NCBI GenBank assembly: GCA_051252135.1
Contig: JBPOGH010000011.1
Coordinates: 1 to 64,000 of the forward strand
Reading direction: 5' to 3'
DNA from: Verrucomicrobiaceae bacterium
Lineage (GTDB): Bacteria; Verrucomicrobiota; Verrucomicrobiia; Verrucomicrobiales; Akkermansiaceae
DNA: 64,000 bases
The position numbers were made by a program, and so were the translations under genes. Below, piece after piece: positions 20,036-29,201 of the stretch. The notes beneath the pieces are model-generated. The model saw only the letters and a list, made by a program, of their open reading frames with translations. It did not search any database and was not told where the DNA came from. Position 1 is the first letter of the stretch. Each line of letters starts with the position of its first letter.

Positions 20036-21378
20036 GTAAGCCTCCTCACCTTACCATCCTCGGAGCCGGCGTGTGCGGACTCTACGCCGCCCTGACCGCC
20101 CTCCGAAAAGGCGCCAAGGTCACGATTATCGAAAAAAACACCCACCCCGGCGGACTCGCCGCCGGCTTCAAACGTGGACCAAACTTCTTCGATCAAGGCG
20201 TGCACATGCTCCACGCAACCGATCAGGAAATATACCATGACATCGCGCGCCTCATGGCCGACGAACGTCTCCCCGTCACCCTTGATGCCCGCATCCGGTG
20301 GAATGGCCGTTCTTACCGCTACCCGCTCAAAGGTCTCGATATCCTCGCCGGAATGAACCCCACCCAGCTCATCCGCTGTTCCCTTGGGCTTCTCACCGCC
20401 GAAATCAAAAACCGCCTCAACCACACCCAGGCCTCCGCCATCACCGCGGAAGATGCCCTCATCGCCACCTACGGCTCCCCCCTTTACGAATTCTTCTTCA
20501 AGGAATTCACCCATAAATACTGGAGCATTCACCCGGCCGAACTCTCGGCCGAATTCGTCCGCCGCAAAATGCCCCGGCTCAATGCGCTCGATCTCGTCAA
20601 AAAATGCCTCCCCCGATTCAAATCCAAACAGTCGCCGGACCTTGTCGTCGAAAGCGCACTGGCGGAGGAAACCCTCCACTATTCGGCCACCGGATCGGAA
20701 ACCCTGCCCCGCGTCCTGGCCCGCGAAGTGGAAAGTCTGGGTGGAACCATCATCTACGGCGCCACCATCACCCAAATTAACGGGACCGAAATCCACCTCA
20801 CCAACCAAATCCTCCCCACCGACAAAATCCTCTCCACCATTCCCCTCCCCTTGCTTGTCGACCTTCACCCTACCGCACCGGCGCCAGTCAAAGAAGCAGC
20901 CCGGAACCTCCACTACAAACCCATCGCGACCTACGGCCTTCTCGTTCGCAAACCAAAATGCCTCGAGAGCCTCTACACCTACTACCGCGATCGGATTTTC
21001 CACCGCGTCGGCGATCCCAAAAATGCCGGCCTCAACGTCCGGCCCGATGACCACAGTGTCCTCATTGTCGAAATGACCTGCAACGAAGATGATTCAAAAT
21101 GGAATGACGCTCCCGAAGTCCGCCAACAGGTCATCGACGACCTCGCCGCCGAAGACATCTGCCAGCCACAGGAAATCATCGAGTGGCACCACTTCACCAA
21201 CCCCCACGGCTACCCCATCTACCGCCTGAACTTCGACAACCACCTCGAAACCATCAATCAATGGCTCCATTCCCGGAAACACCTCCTCAGCACCGGACGA
21301 CAGGGCTCGTTCAGCTACCCCGGAATGCACAACGCCATGCGCATGGGCGAGGTCTCCGCCAACGAACTACTCACCTGA
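20032..21378 (+). CDS. FAD-dependent oxidoreductase (protoporphyrinogen oxidase/UDP-galactopyranose mutase-like)
   Basis: GAGVCG, EK..HPGGL, DQGVH, FTHKYW, GYPIY, GRQGSFSY motifs; ATGA overlap with the upstream gene. Confidence 0.75.
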   Translation: MSKPPHLTILGAGVCGLYAALTALRKGAKVTIIEKNTHPGGLAAGFKRGPNFFDQGVHMLHATDQEIYHDIARLMADERLPVTLDARIRWNGRSYRYPLKGLDILAGMNPTQLIRCSLGLLTAEIKNRLNHTQASAITAEDALIATYGSPLYEFFFKEFTHKYWSIHPAELSAEFVRRKMPRLNALDLVKKCLPRFKSKQSPDLVVESALAEETLHYSATGSETLPRVLAREVESLGGTIIYGATITQINGTEIHLTNQILPTDKILSTIPLPLLVDLHPTAPAPVKEAARNLHYKPIATYGLLVRKPKCLESLYTYYRDRIFHRVGDPKNAGLNVRPDDHSVLIVEMTCNEDDSKWNDAPEVRQQVIDDLAAEDICQPQEIIEWHHFTNPHGYPIYRLNFDNHLETINQWLHSRKHLLSTGRQGSFSYPGMHNAMRMGEVSANELLT

Positions 21379-21379
21379 C

Positions 21380-21886
21380 ATGAACCGCGAAGTCAAAAAT
21401 ATCCACGGCGTCACCGTCTCCGCCAAAGCAAAACTCCATGATGCGCGCGGTTGGTTTCTCCCCGCATTGGACAAAGATTGCCCTCAAGCGGACTGGGTCC
21501 TGCAGAACATCTCCCGCTCCAATCCAAACACCCTGCGCGGTCTGCACTATCAGGATCCCCATCCCCAGGCCAAGCTCGTCACTCTGATTGAAGGCACCGC
21601 TCAGGATATCGTGGCCGACCTCCGCCCCGATTCCCCCACCTACCTCCGCTTTGCCGTCTACCATCTCGACGCTGAAGCGGACAACCGGCTCTTCATCCCC
21701 AGAGGATGCGCTCACGGCTTCCTCGTCACCGGCCCCGGCCCCGCCCTCCTTTCCTACCTCACCGACGCCCCCTACCACCCCGATTCCGAAAAAACGCTCC
21801 CCTGGAATCACCCCGACTGGAACTTCCCCTGGCTCTCAAAGTCACCCATCCTCTCCCCAAAGGACCAGGGGTTGCCCCCGGAATAA
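21380..21886 (+). CDS. rfbC: dTDP-4-dehydrorhamnose 3,5-epimerase family
   Basis: DARGWF, QNISRS, LRGLHYQ, DLRPDSPT, CAHGF. Confidence 0.88.
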   Translation: MNREVKNIHGVTVSAKAKLHDARGWFLPALDKDCPQADWVLQNISRSNPNTLRGLHYQDPHPQAKLVTLIEGTAQDIVADLRPDSPTYLRFAVYHLDAEADNRLFIPRGCAHGFLVTGPGPALLSYLTDAPYHPDSEKTLPWNHPDWNFPWLSKSPILSPKDQGLPPE

Positions 21887-21902
21887 TCGATCTCTACCTC
21901 AG

Positions 21903-23687
21903 ATGAGTGCCCGAAAAAACGAAACCGTCTTCACCGCCGCACGGCAGCCCTCCCTCTTGCGCCCCTGGCACCTCGTCTTCCCCCTCTTCGTCCTCGTCTT
22001 CCTCGCCTTTTCCCCCGCCCTCCGGTTCGATTTCATCAACTACGATGATCCCCCTTTCGTTACCGAAAATCCCAACGTCAACACCGGCCTGAGCCCCGCC
22101 AATGTCAAATGGGCCTTCGCCTCACCGGGAGAGGTAAACCTTTGGAATCCCCTCACTTCCCTCTCCCATCAACTCGATGTCACCCTCTTCGGCCTCAATC
22201 CGCACTGGCACCACGCCGTCAATGTCTTCTGGCACGCCCTCGCAGCCGCCTTCCTCTTCCTCTTCGTTCGCAAGCTGATCCACTCCACATCCTGGAGTTT
22301 CTTCATCGCCTTCCTCTGGGCCATTCATCCTGAAAAAATCCAATCCGTAGCCTGGATCTCGGAGCGCAAGGGAGTCCTTTCCGGTGCCCTCTTCTTTGCC
22401 AGTCTCTACCTCTTCAGCGAGTGGAAGTTACGCGCTAAAAAGCACCCCGTTCTCTACCTCTTCAGCCTGCTCCTCTTTGCCCTCGCCGCCATGGCAAAAC
22501 CCAGCGTCCTGCCCCTCCCTCTCATTCTCTTCCTCCTCTTCTACCTCGATCCCCGCCATTTCCTGCGCTCCGCACTCTCCTCCCTGCGCCCCCTCGCCCC
22601 CTTCTTCGCCATCTCCCTTCTCACCGCCGGTCTCGTCGTTTACTTCCAATCACAAGGAACCCTTGCCGACGTCGGACAGGACTTGGGCGCCGTGCACAAA
22701 CTCAGCCTGATCGTCATCAGCTATCTCTTCTACCCTCTCCGCTTCATCTGGCCCGTTCCCTTGCAACTCTGGTTCAATCAACCCGATTCCTTACTTCCTT
22801 TCTTCATCTCCTTTGCCCTCCTCTGCCTCTCAATCCCTGTCGTCCTTTGGCTCGGAAGGAAGGAAAGACTCATCCTCGTCGGTGCCGCCCTCTACACCCT
22901 CCTCTGGCTTCCGGTCTCGGGTCTGGTTTCGGTAAGCAATTACTTTGTCACCGACCGCTACAGCTACCTCCCCCAAATCGGTCTCATTTTGATGCTCGTG
23001 GGAGTGGCCAAACTCCTCCTCCCCAAAAAGCCCCACCCCATCATTCTTCCCGTCGGTCTCGCAGCCTTCTCCCTCCTCCCTCTCATTCTTCTCCAAATCC
23101 AACTGCCCAACTGGAAAGACAGCGAAACCCTCTTTTCCCACGAGATGTCGGTGAATCCGCAAAGCTTTCTCGCCCCCATCCATTACGGCGAAGTCTTCCG
23201 CAATGACGACCCCGAGAAAGCCCTCTCCTACTACACCCGGGCCCATCAAATTGATCAGCAGGCCGGAGCCGCCCTCACCAAAATGGGCCTCATGCAAGTC
23301 CGCTTAAATCGCCCCGGGGAGGCGCTCGATTCCTTTTCCAAAGCCACCCAAGTCACCATCCCCGTCCCGGAAGCGTGGACCCAACTGCTACTCCTCCAGG
23401 TCCAATTCAAACACTACAAGGACGCAGAACACACCATCGCGGACGGACTGAGTCGCTACCCCAATGACTGGGCCTTCATCATGAACAGCGGCAATTATCA
23501 CCTCCTCGTTCAAAAGGACCCAAGCAAAGCCCTCCCCCTGTTTCTCAGGGCTCATGCCATCAAACCTCACGATCCAAGAGTCATTCGAGCCCTCGCCTCC
23601 TGCTATCGCGCATTGGGTGATCCTGGCGAGGCAAAGAAATTTGAGCAATTGCTCAATAGCGGTCCGCGAACCCAACCCGCTCCATAG
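21903..23687 (+). CDS. TMTC-like GT-C membrane glycosyltransferase with C-terminal TPRs
   Basis: FINYDD acidic loop, WNPLT, HAVNVFWH, IHP...SVAWISERK, DRYSYLP, WKD motifs; many TM helices followed by TPR-like repeats. Confidence 0.8.
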   Translation: MSARKNETVFTAARQPSLLRPWHLVFPLFVLVFLAFSPALRFDFINYDDPPFVTENPNVNTGLSPANVKWAFASPGEVNLWNPLTSLSHQLDVTLFGLNPHWHHAVNVFWHALAAAFLFLFVRKLIHSTSWSFFIAFLWAIHPEKIQSVAWISERKGVLSGALFFASLYLFSEWKLRAKKHPVLYLFSLLLFALAAMAKPSVLPLPLILFLLFYLDPRHFLRSALSSLRPLAPFFAISLLTAGLVVYFQSQGTLADVGQDLGAVHKLSLIVISYLFYPLRFIWPVPLQLWFNQPDSLLPFFISFALLCLSIPVVLWLGRKERLILVGAALYTLLWLPVSGLVSVSNYFVTDRYSYLPQIGLILMLVGVAKLLLPKKPHPIILPVGLAAFSLLPLILLQIQLPNWKDSETLFSHEMSVNPQSFLAPIHYGEVFRNDDPEKALSYYTRAHQIDQQAGAALTKMGLMQVRLNRPGEALDSFSKATQVTIPVPEAWTQLLLLQVQFKHYKDAEHTIADGLSRYPNDWAFIMNSGNYHLLVQKDPSKALPLFLRAHAIKPHDPRVIRALASCYRALGDPGEAKKFEQLLNSGPRTQPAP

Positions 23688-23821
23688 CTGGCGTCACCAT
23701 CGACACAACACCCCGGATAACCCCCCTCTCTCCCGTTACGGACACCATCCATTTGAGCCGTCCGTTTTTATCTCCCGAGCATTGAGTTCTTCCCCTGCGA
23801 ATCATAACTTAACCACCGAAC

Positions 23822-24910
23822 TTGAAAATCATCGTTACAGGAGGCGCCGGGTTCATCGGCTCGGCAGTCATCAGGCACATCGTTCAACAAACGGACTGGC
23901 AGGTCGTCAACGTCGACAAGCTCACCTACGCCGGAAATCTCGATTCGCTGGCGGACGTCAGTGGCTCCCCTCGCTATTGTTTCGAACAGGTCGACATTGT
24001 TGATCTCGCCGGGATCAGACGCATCTTCGGAACACACCGCCCCGATGCCATCATCCATCTTGCCGGGGAGACACATGTCGACCGCTCGATTGATGCTCCC
24101 GGCGACTTCATTCAAACCAACATTGTCGGGACATTCACCCTCTTGCAGGCCGCTCTCGAATACTGGAATTCCCTCGCGGGACCCGAAAAGGACCATTTTA
24201 GGTTCAACCACGTTTCCACAGATGAAGTATACGGAGATCTCGGGCCAACCGGATCCTTTTCCGAAGTATCACCTTACGCCCCTCGTTCCCCCTATTCCGC
24301 GAGCAAGGCCTCCTCTGATCATCTCGTCCGGGCGTGGCACCACACCTACGGACTGCCGGTCACCATCTCCAATTGCTCTAACAATTACGGACCCTGCCAA
24401 TTCCCCGAAAAGCTCATTCCCTTGACCATTCTCAATGCTCTCGAAGGAAAGGAACTCCCGGTTTACGGAGATGGAACGCAAGTGCGGGATTGGCTCTACG
24501 TGGAAGACCATGTCCGCGCCCTCCTCAAAATCGCAACAGCTGGGATTGTCGGAGAGACCTACAACATTGGTTCGTCCAATGAGAAACAGAATATCGAAGT
24601 GGTCAAAACCCTGTGCCAAATCCTCGATGAGAAGGTCAGCACCAAACCCGATGGCATCACCTCATTCGGGGAACTCATCCGCTTCGTGGACGATCGCCCG
24701 GGCCACGACCGCCGCTACTCCATCGATGCCTCAAAAATCAAAACTCAACTCGCTTGGGAGCCTCAGGAATCTTTCGAGTCAGGAATTTCCAAAACGGTGG
24801 ATTGGTATTTAACCCATCGCACCTGGTCTCAGCGGGTCCAAAATGGAAGCTACCGGATAGATCGCTCCAACCCCGCAGGCCAATCAGGAAAAGGATCGCC
24901 GCCCCGCTAG
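23822..24910 (+). CDS. rfbB: dTDP-glucose 4,6-dehydratase
   Basis: [46 protein letters not shown] start. Confidence 0.96.
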   Translation: MKIIVTGGAGFIGSAVIRHIVQQTDWQVVNVDKLTYAGNLDSLADVSGSPRYCFEQVDIVDLAGIRRIFGTHRPDAIIHLAGETHVDRSIDAPGDFIQTNIVGTFTLLQAALEYWNSLAGPEKDHFRFNHVSTDEVYGDLGPTGSFSEVSPYAPRSPYSASKASSDHLVRAWHHTYGLPVTISNCSNNYGPCQFPEKLIPLTILNALEGKELPVYGDGTQVRDWLYVEDHVRALLKIATAGIVGETYNIGSSNEKQNIEVVKTLCQILDEKVSTKPDGITSFGELIRFVDDRPGHDRRYSIDASKIKTQLAWEPQESFESGISKTVDWYLTHRTWSQRVQNGSYRIDRSNPAGQSGKGSPPR

Positions 24911-24946
24911 GCCGCTTGCCGGAAGAAGGGCGCCTCTCGAAAAAAG

Positions 24947-24983
24947 AAAAAGGCCTCGCGTGGATACCACGCAGAGGCCTTTT
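24947..24983. terminator. Bidirectional intrinsic terminator
   Basis: AAAAGGCCTC-GCGTGG-ATA-CCACGC-A-GAGGCCTTTT between convergent rfbB and PEP-CTERM gene 1. Confidence 0.85.
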
Positions 24984-25005
24984 GAAATGAATTGATTTCC
25001 TCGAG

Positions 25006-25866
25006 TTAGCTCTGACGGCGGCGGACCAGCATCAGTCCACTCAAGCCACTCAGGAGCAGGAGGCTTGAGGAAGGCTCGGGGATACTCGTGCCGCTCAGCA
25101 CAAAGCCACTTCCAAGCTTCAGGTCAGACCCAATCACCGAACCAGCGAAATCGACCTCTCCCAGAATCACCTGACCATCAAGGGCCACGATCGTTCCCGA
25201 GAATTCGCCATAATTATTCTTGTGGAGGTCAAAATTCTTATCACCAGACTTGACCCAGATCACGTTGTCACGATTGAGGTTGTTGAGAACCACGTTCGAG
25301 TTTTCAAACTTGAGCTGGTCGGAAATGCGGATGATGAACCGGTCGTTCTGGCCGGCCCGGCCGTTCAGGGTGAAGTTGCTACCCTTCATCTCCAGGCCCC
25401 CGAAATCGAGAACCGTCTGACTCATCGATGACGAGAATGAGAAAGCGCCCTTATCGTCGGACTTAAAGTTACCAAAGGCAGCAGTCACTGAATAATCCGA
25501 GGCACTGACCTTGTTGGCAAAAGTCACGGCATCCTCGTGGGCTTTGTCCAATTGGGTATCATAGCCCGAAAAGTAGGTGTTTCCGCTCACTTGAGCGTAG
25601 TCATCGTCGGCCTTAAATTCGCCTATACGGCTGTGGACGAAGATGTCTCCGCTGATATAGACATCTTTGTCCAGACCAACTTTGGAATTGTAGCCGAAGC
25701 CGACTGCGCCGCCGAGATTTCCCTCCTTCAGGGTCGCTTGCCCATTTTGCAAGAGGAGTAGATCGTAGTTTGCAGCAGAACCCAGAGATTGGGCATTCGC
25801 CACCGCCGTCAATCCGACGAGTGTGGACACAATGAGGGGGGCTTTCGTTTTAAACGTTATTTTCAT
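25006..25866 (-). CDS. PEP-CTERM surface protein 1, ice-binding (DUF3494)/choice-of-anchor A-like beta-helix
   Basis: Signal peptide; SLGSAANY, FIIRI, NVIW, GTIVA motifs; IPEPSS + TM + RRR tail. Confidence 0.82.
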   Translation of the reverse strand: MKITFKTKAPLIVSTLVGLTAVANAQSLGSAANYDLLLLQNGQATLKEGNLGGAVGFGYNSKVGLDKDVYISGDIFVHSRIGEFKADDDYAQVSGNTYFSGYDTQLDKAHEDAVTFANKVSASDYSVTAAFGNFKSDDKGAFSFSSSMSQTVLDFGGLEMKGSNFTLNGRAGQNDRFIIRISDQLKFENSNVVLNNLNRDNVIWVKSGDKNFDLHKNNYGEFSGTIVALDGQVILGEVDFAGSVIGSDLKLGSGFVLSGTSIPEPSSSLLLLSGLSGLMLVRRRQS

Positions 25867-26561
25867 GTTAATGTAAGGGTGAACTTGAACGGCAGCTTCA
25901 GGGGGTGGTCCGTCAGCGCCTGAAGAATCCTCCCCACCAATCACCCCCTTATCAATAACTTCTAAATATTTTGATATTAATATAATATAGTTTAAAATCT
26001 ATAACTTGTGACGTTAAGCAACTTGCCAAAATAAGGTTTCCAAAACGAAATCAAGAGGGTGTTATTTTCTTGACTCCCACCCCGCCACAAAACCGCGATC
26101 ACGAAAGCGATGCCGCACACCCGCGTGCAAAATAGCTCACGATTCCCCACACCGCCAAAAACCCTCATAAAATCACTGAATACAAACACTTTGAAACCCA
26201 AGAAACCCCGTCTCCTGTTCATCCATCTCTCCAATCAGAGGATACTTCCCCTCCAAATATCAGACTCCTCAATGAGCACTCCGTGCAATCTCCTTAACCC
26301 CCCAAAAATGCAAACCCTCTTAAATGATATCTAACATTTAAGGAAAAAGACACCTTACAAACAACGGATTCTGAAAAAATAAAGCAACCGAAATCAATGA
26401 CCCCCTGTGATTTACGGGAAATCAATTCAATAAACTCAAATCAACAATCCATCAACATTCGGTCGACCCGGAGTTGTTCCCGGTTGGATTCAAACCCTTG
26501 TTTCAGGCTGCCACAACGGCGTTTTCTTAACCGCTACAAGGCGGATCCGGGGCCCGATCGC

Positions 26562-26745
26562 TTACCCCGCCTCAGGGAGAGTGAGCTGAAAACAAGCCCC
26601 CCCCGGTCCGTGGTCTCGCAAGACGGAGGTCACCTCCAGGCGCTCTCGCCAATCGTTTGCACAGCGCAAGCCCCAGCCCCACCCCCGGCTTCGAATGCGC
26701 TGCCTCCTGGGCGGACTTGTGAAAGGACACAAGCAGCCACCTCCT
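26562..26745 (-). pseudogene. Frameshifted copy of the 3' end of the histidine kinase gene
   Basis: Matches 29202-29385; six substitutions and one extra C in the first ~160 nt. Confidence 0.9.
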
Positions 26746-26876
26746 CTTCCCCCACCTCCAAACCGCTCAAACAACTCCCTTCGCCACCCCTTGCAAGCAA
26801 CATGCATTTGCGTGGTCCATCTTGAACTCAGGAGCAGTGCGTTCTTCCCTGGGGAGTTACAGCTTATCCACCGAGC

Positions 26877-27175
26877 TTGAAAATCATCATTACAGGAGGT
26901 GCCGAACTCATCGCCTCGGCACTCATCAGGTAAATCGTTCAGCAAACGGACCGGTAGGTCGTCAACGCTGATAAGCTCTCTTATACCGCAAATCTCGATT
27001 CGCTAGCAAAGGGGAGCAGATCAAGTCGCCATCCTTTCGAACAGATCGGCACCTGAAAATCGTAACGGTCGTAAATACCGGAGAAACCCACCGCGTCGGA
27101 CTTTGCTTGCTTGGGAGCCCGGGAGGAAAGCGGGTCCGGAGCCCCCCCTGATATTGCCGGACTGATCAGCAATGC
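26877..27175 (+). pseudogene. Decayed rfbB remnant
   Basis: Translates [42 protein letters not shown], then blocks matching later rfbB segments (LKIVTVVNTGETH, GCTTGGGAGCC) separated by large deletions; right end approximate. Confidence 0.88.
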
Positions 27176-27619
27176 CCTCCTCCAACAAGGGGAAGTCTGG
27201 AAGCCATCTCATCAACCCTCGCTGGTGCTCCCCCAGTGGTCTTCTCACTGTAGCCAGACATGAGGAAGGAGCTGGTGAACCGGAGATCGCCAACGGCAAC
27301 ACCAGTGACTGACAAGCCGCACGGAGTGAGACAGCTTGCCAAAGGCAACCCGAAGGGAGCGACTGGATAGGAGCTGCAATAACGCTGCTACAGGGAGAAA
27401 AACGCGGCGTAACAGCTCCAATCGGTAAAGCCGCACCCTATCCAGAAGACAAGCCCCCTTTGAAAATCAGCACTGTGCAGGGTTGATGAGAGGGCTCCTA
27501 AGTCGATAAGCTCCCTTAACTCAGCTCTCCGACTGTGGGCACCCACTCAAGATGGGGGATATCCGGGCAGTTAATCTGGTAATATTACAACCAAGCCGGC
27601 GTCTTCCCGTTTCCACAAC

Positions 27620-27654
27620 AAAAAGGCCCCGAGCGACTTCATCGCCGGGGCCTT
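27620..27654 (-). terminator. Intrinsic terminator of PEP-CTERM gene 2
   Basis: AAGGCCCCG-GCGA...TCGC-T-CGGGGCC-TTTTT on the minus strand. Confidence 0.8.
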
Positions 27655-27678
27655 CGAAAGGGGGGGAATTTTCCAGAA

Positions 27679-28536
27679 CTAGCTCTTACGGCGCCGACCC
27701 AACATCAACCAACCAAAGCCGCCCAGAAACATCACGCTCGAAGAAGGCTCGGGAATTGTCGTTTGACCCGTAAAATTGAAATCTGTCCCCAATTTCATAT
27801 TCCGGGCAATTACCGCTCCGGTGAAGTCGACATCGCCGATGACCACCTGACCACTGCCAGGGGACACAATAGTTCCGTAGAAATTGCCTACAGCGCCGTG
27901 CAAATCAAAACTTGCGCCTCCGGTATTGTACCAGATCACGTCGGTATGATCCAAATTATTCAGGACAATCTCAGACCTCTCAAAAACGATGTTGCTCGAA
28001 ATCCGGATGATGAACTTGTCATCGAAACCGTCCCGGCCGGTCAAAGTGAAATCTTCGCCCCTCAATTCCAACTTCGTGAAATCGAGAATCGTCTGATTCT
28101 GTGTTGAAGAATAAGAAAAGGCACCGCGGGAGGTGGACTGGTATTCTCCGTAATGAACAGTCGATCCCAGGCGAGCGACATCATTGGCGAAGGTCACAAT
28201 GTCCGCATTGGCACCATCCAGTTGGGTATCGTAACCCGATGTGTAGATCGTTCCACCGGACGCCGTGAAACCAGAATCTCTTCTAAAACCATTCACATTG
28301 GAGTGCACGTAGAGATTGCCTTGAAACGCAACACTGGCTTTATTGTCGGTGGTAGTGGCGTCGGAATATCCGACTTCTCCCCGGAGGGTTCCAGGGCCCA
28401 ACAGCGACTGTCCGTTGTCTAGCACAAGGATGTCGTAGTTCAGAGCAGAGCCCAGAGACTGGGCATTCGACACCGCCGTCAATCCGGCGAGTGTAGACAC
28501 GATGAGGGGGGCTTTCGTTTTAAACGTTATTTTCAT
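27679..28536 (-). CDS. PEP-CTERM surface protein 2, paralog of protein 1
   Basis: Near-identical signal peptide to protein 1; same beta-helix motifs; IPEPSS + TM + RRRK tail. Confidence 0.82.
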   Translation of the reverse strand: MKITFKTKAPLIVSTLAGLTAVSNAQSLGSALNYDILVLDNGQSLLGPGTLRGEVGYSDATTTDNKASVAFQGNLYVHSNVNGFRRDSGFTASGGTIYTSGYDTQLDGANADIVTFANDVARLGSTVHYGEYQSTSRGAFSYSSTQNQTILDFTKLELRGEDFTLTGRDGFDDKFIIRISSNIVFERSEIVLNNLDHTDVIWYNTGGASFDLHGAVGNFYGTIVSPGSGQVVIGDVDFTGAVIARNMKLGTDFNFTGQTTIPEPSSSVMFLGGFGWLMLGRRRKS

Positions 28537-29201
28537 AGGGGTGTAAGGGTGAACTTAAAAGGCAACTTCAGGGGGTGACCCGTCGGCGCCTGAAGAATTT
28601 TCACAAAACCCTCCCCACTTATCAACAATCTTCAAATATCTCACAGTTTTCATATTCAACAAAGATATCCACAAAGGTTAAATGACGCCTCCTTCAAAAT
28701 ATAAACATTCTTAAAATATCGGAGTGACCCTCCACTCCCGACTCACCCCTACCCCATTTTTTATCGAAAATCCCGCCATTTCATTACCTCCAATAGCCCG
28801 GCTGGAGCCACAAGGCACCACCAACCAGAAAAACCTCCCAACACACGTTTTTAAAGGGAAATTGGCTCCTCCACCCCATCAATTAGGGGGGGGAATCCGA
28901 CCACATCCGAGCGATCTCGATAAAAATCACTTTTCTTAACTATTCATATTACCGAACTATCAATTTAATTTAATACAACATGATGACAAAGTGATCCAGA
29001 ACCCCTCAAGAGAAGAAAATAAACAAATCCCAATAATTAAATAAGGAAAGTATTATTTCCTCACAATCATTAAATCTGAACAAATAATCGTTCAATTATC
29101 GACCATTTAAGGGCCTTGATCACTAACAATGGGCCCCTTGTTTTCTGCCGCAGTCATTGCGCATAGCTGCCCGTAATTGGGTGGATCTTGACGCCAATTG
29201 C

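Noticed and set aside
26010..26030. Sigma54 promoter for PEP-CTERM gene 1 (TTGGCAAG on minus strand)
   Set aside because: No GC at the required 10-nt spacing from the GG, and not conserved upstream of gene 2
26562..26945. 127-aa ORF ending in the same residues as the histidine kinase
   Set aside because: Chimera of antisense rfbB remnant and frameshifted kinase stub across the duplication junction
27375..27520. Twister or hammerhead ribozyme (TAACGCTGC, TTGATGAG)
   Set aside because: Remaining conserved core nucleotides and stem order do not match either class
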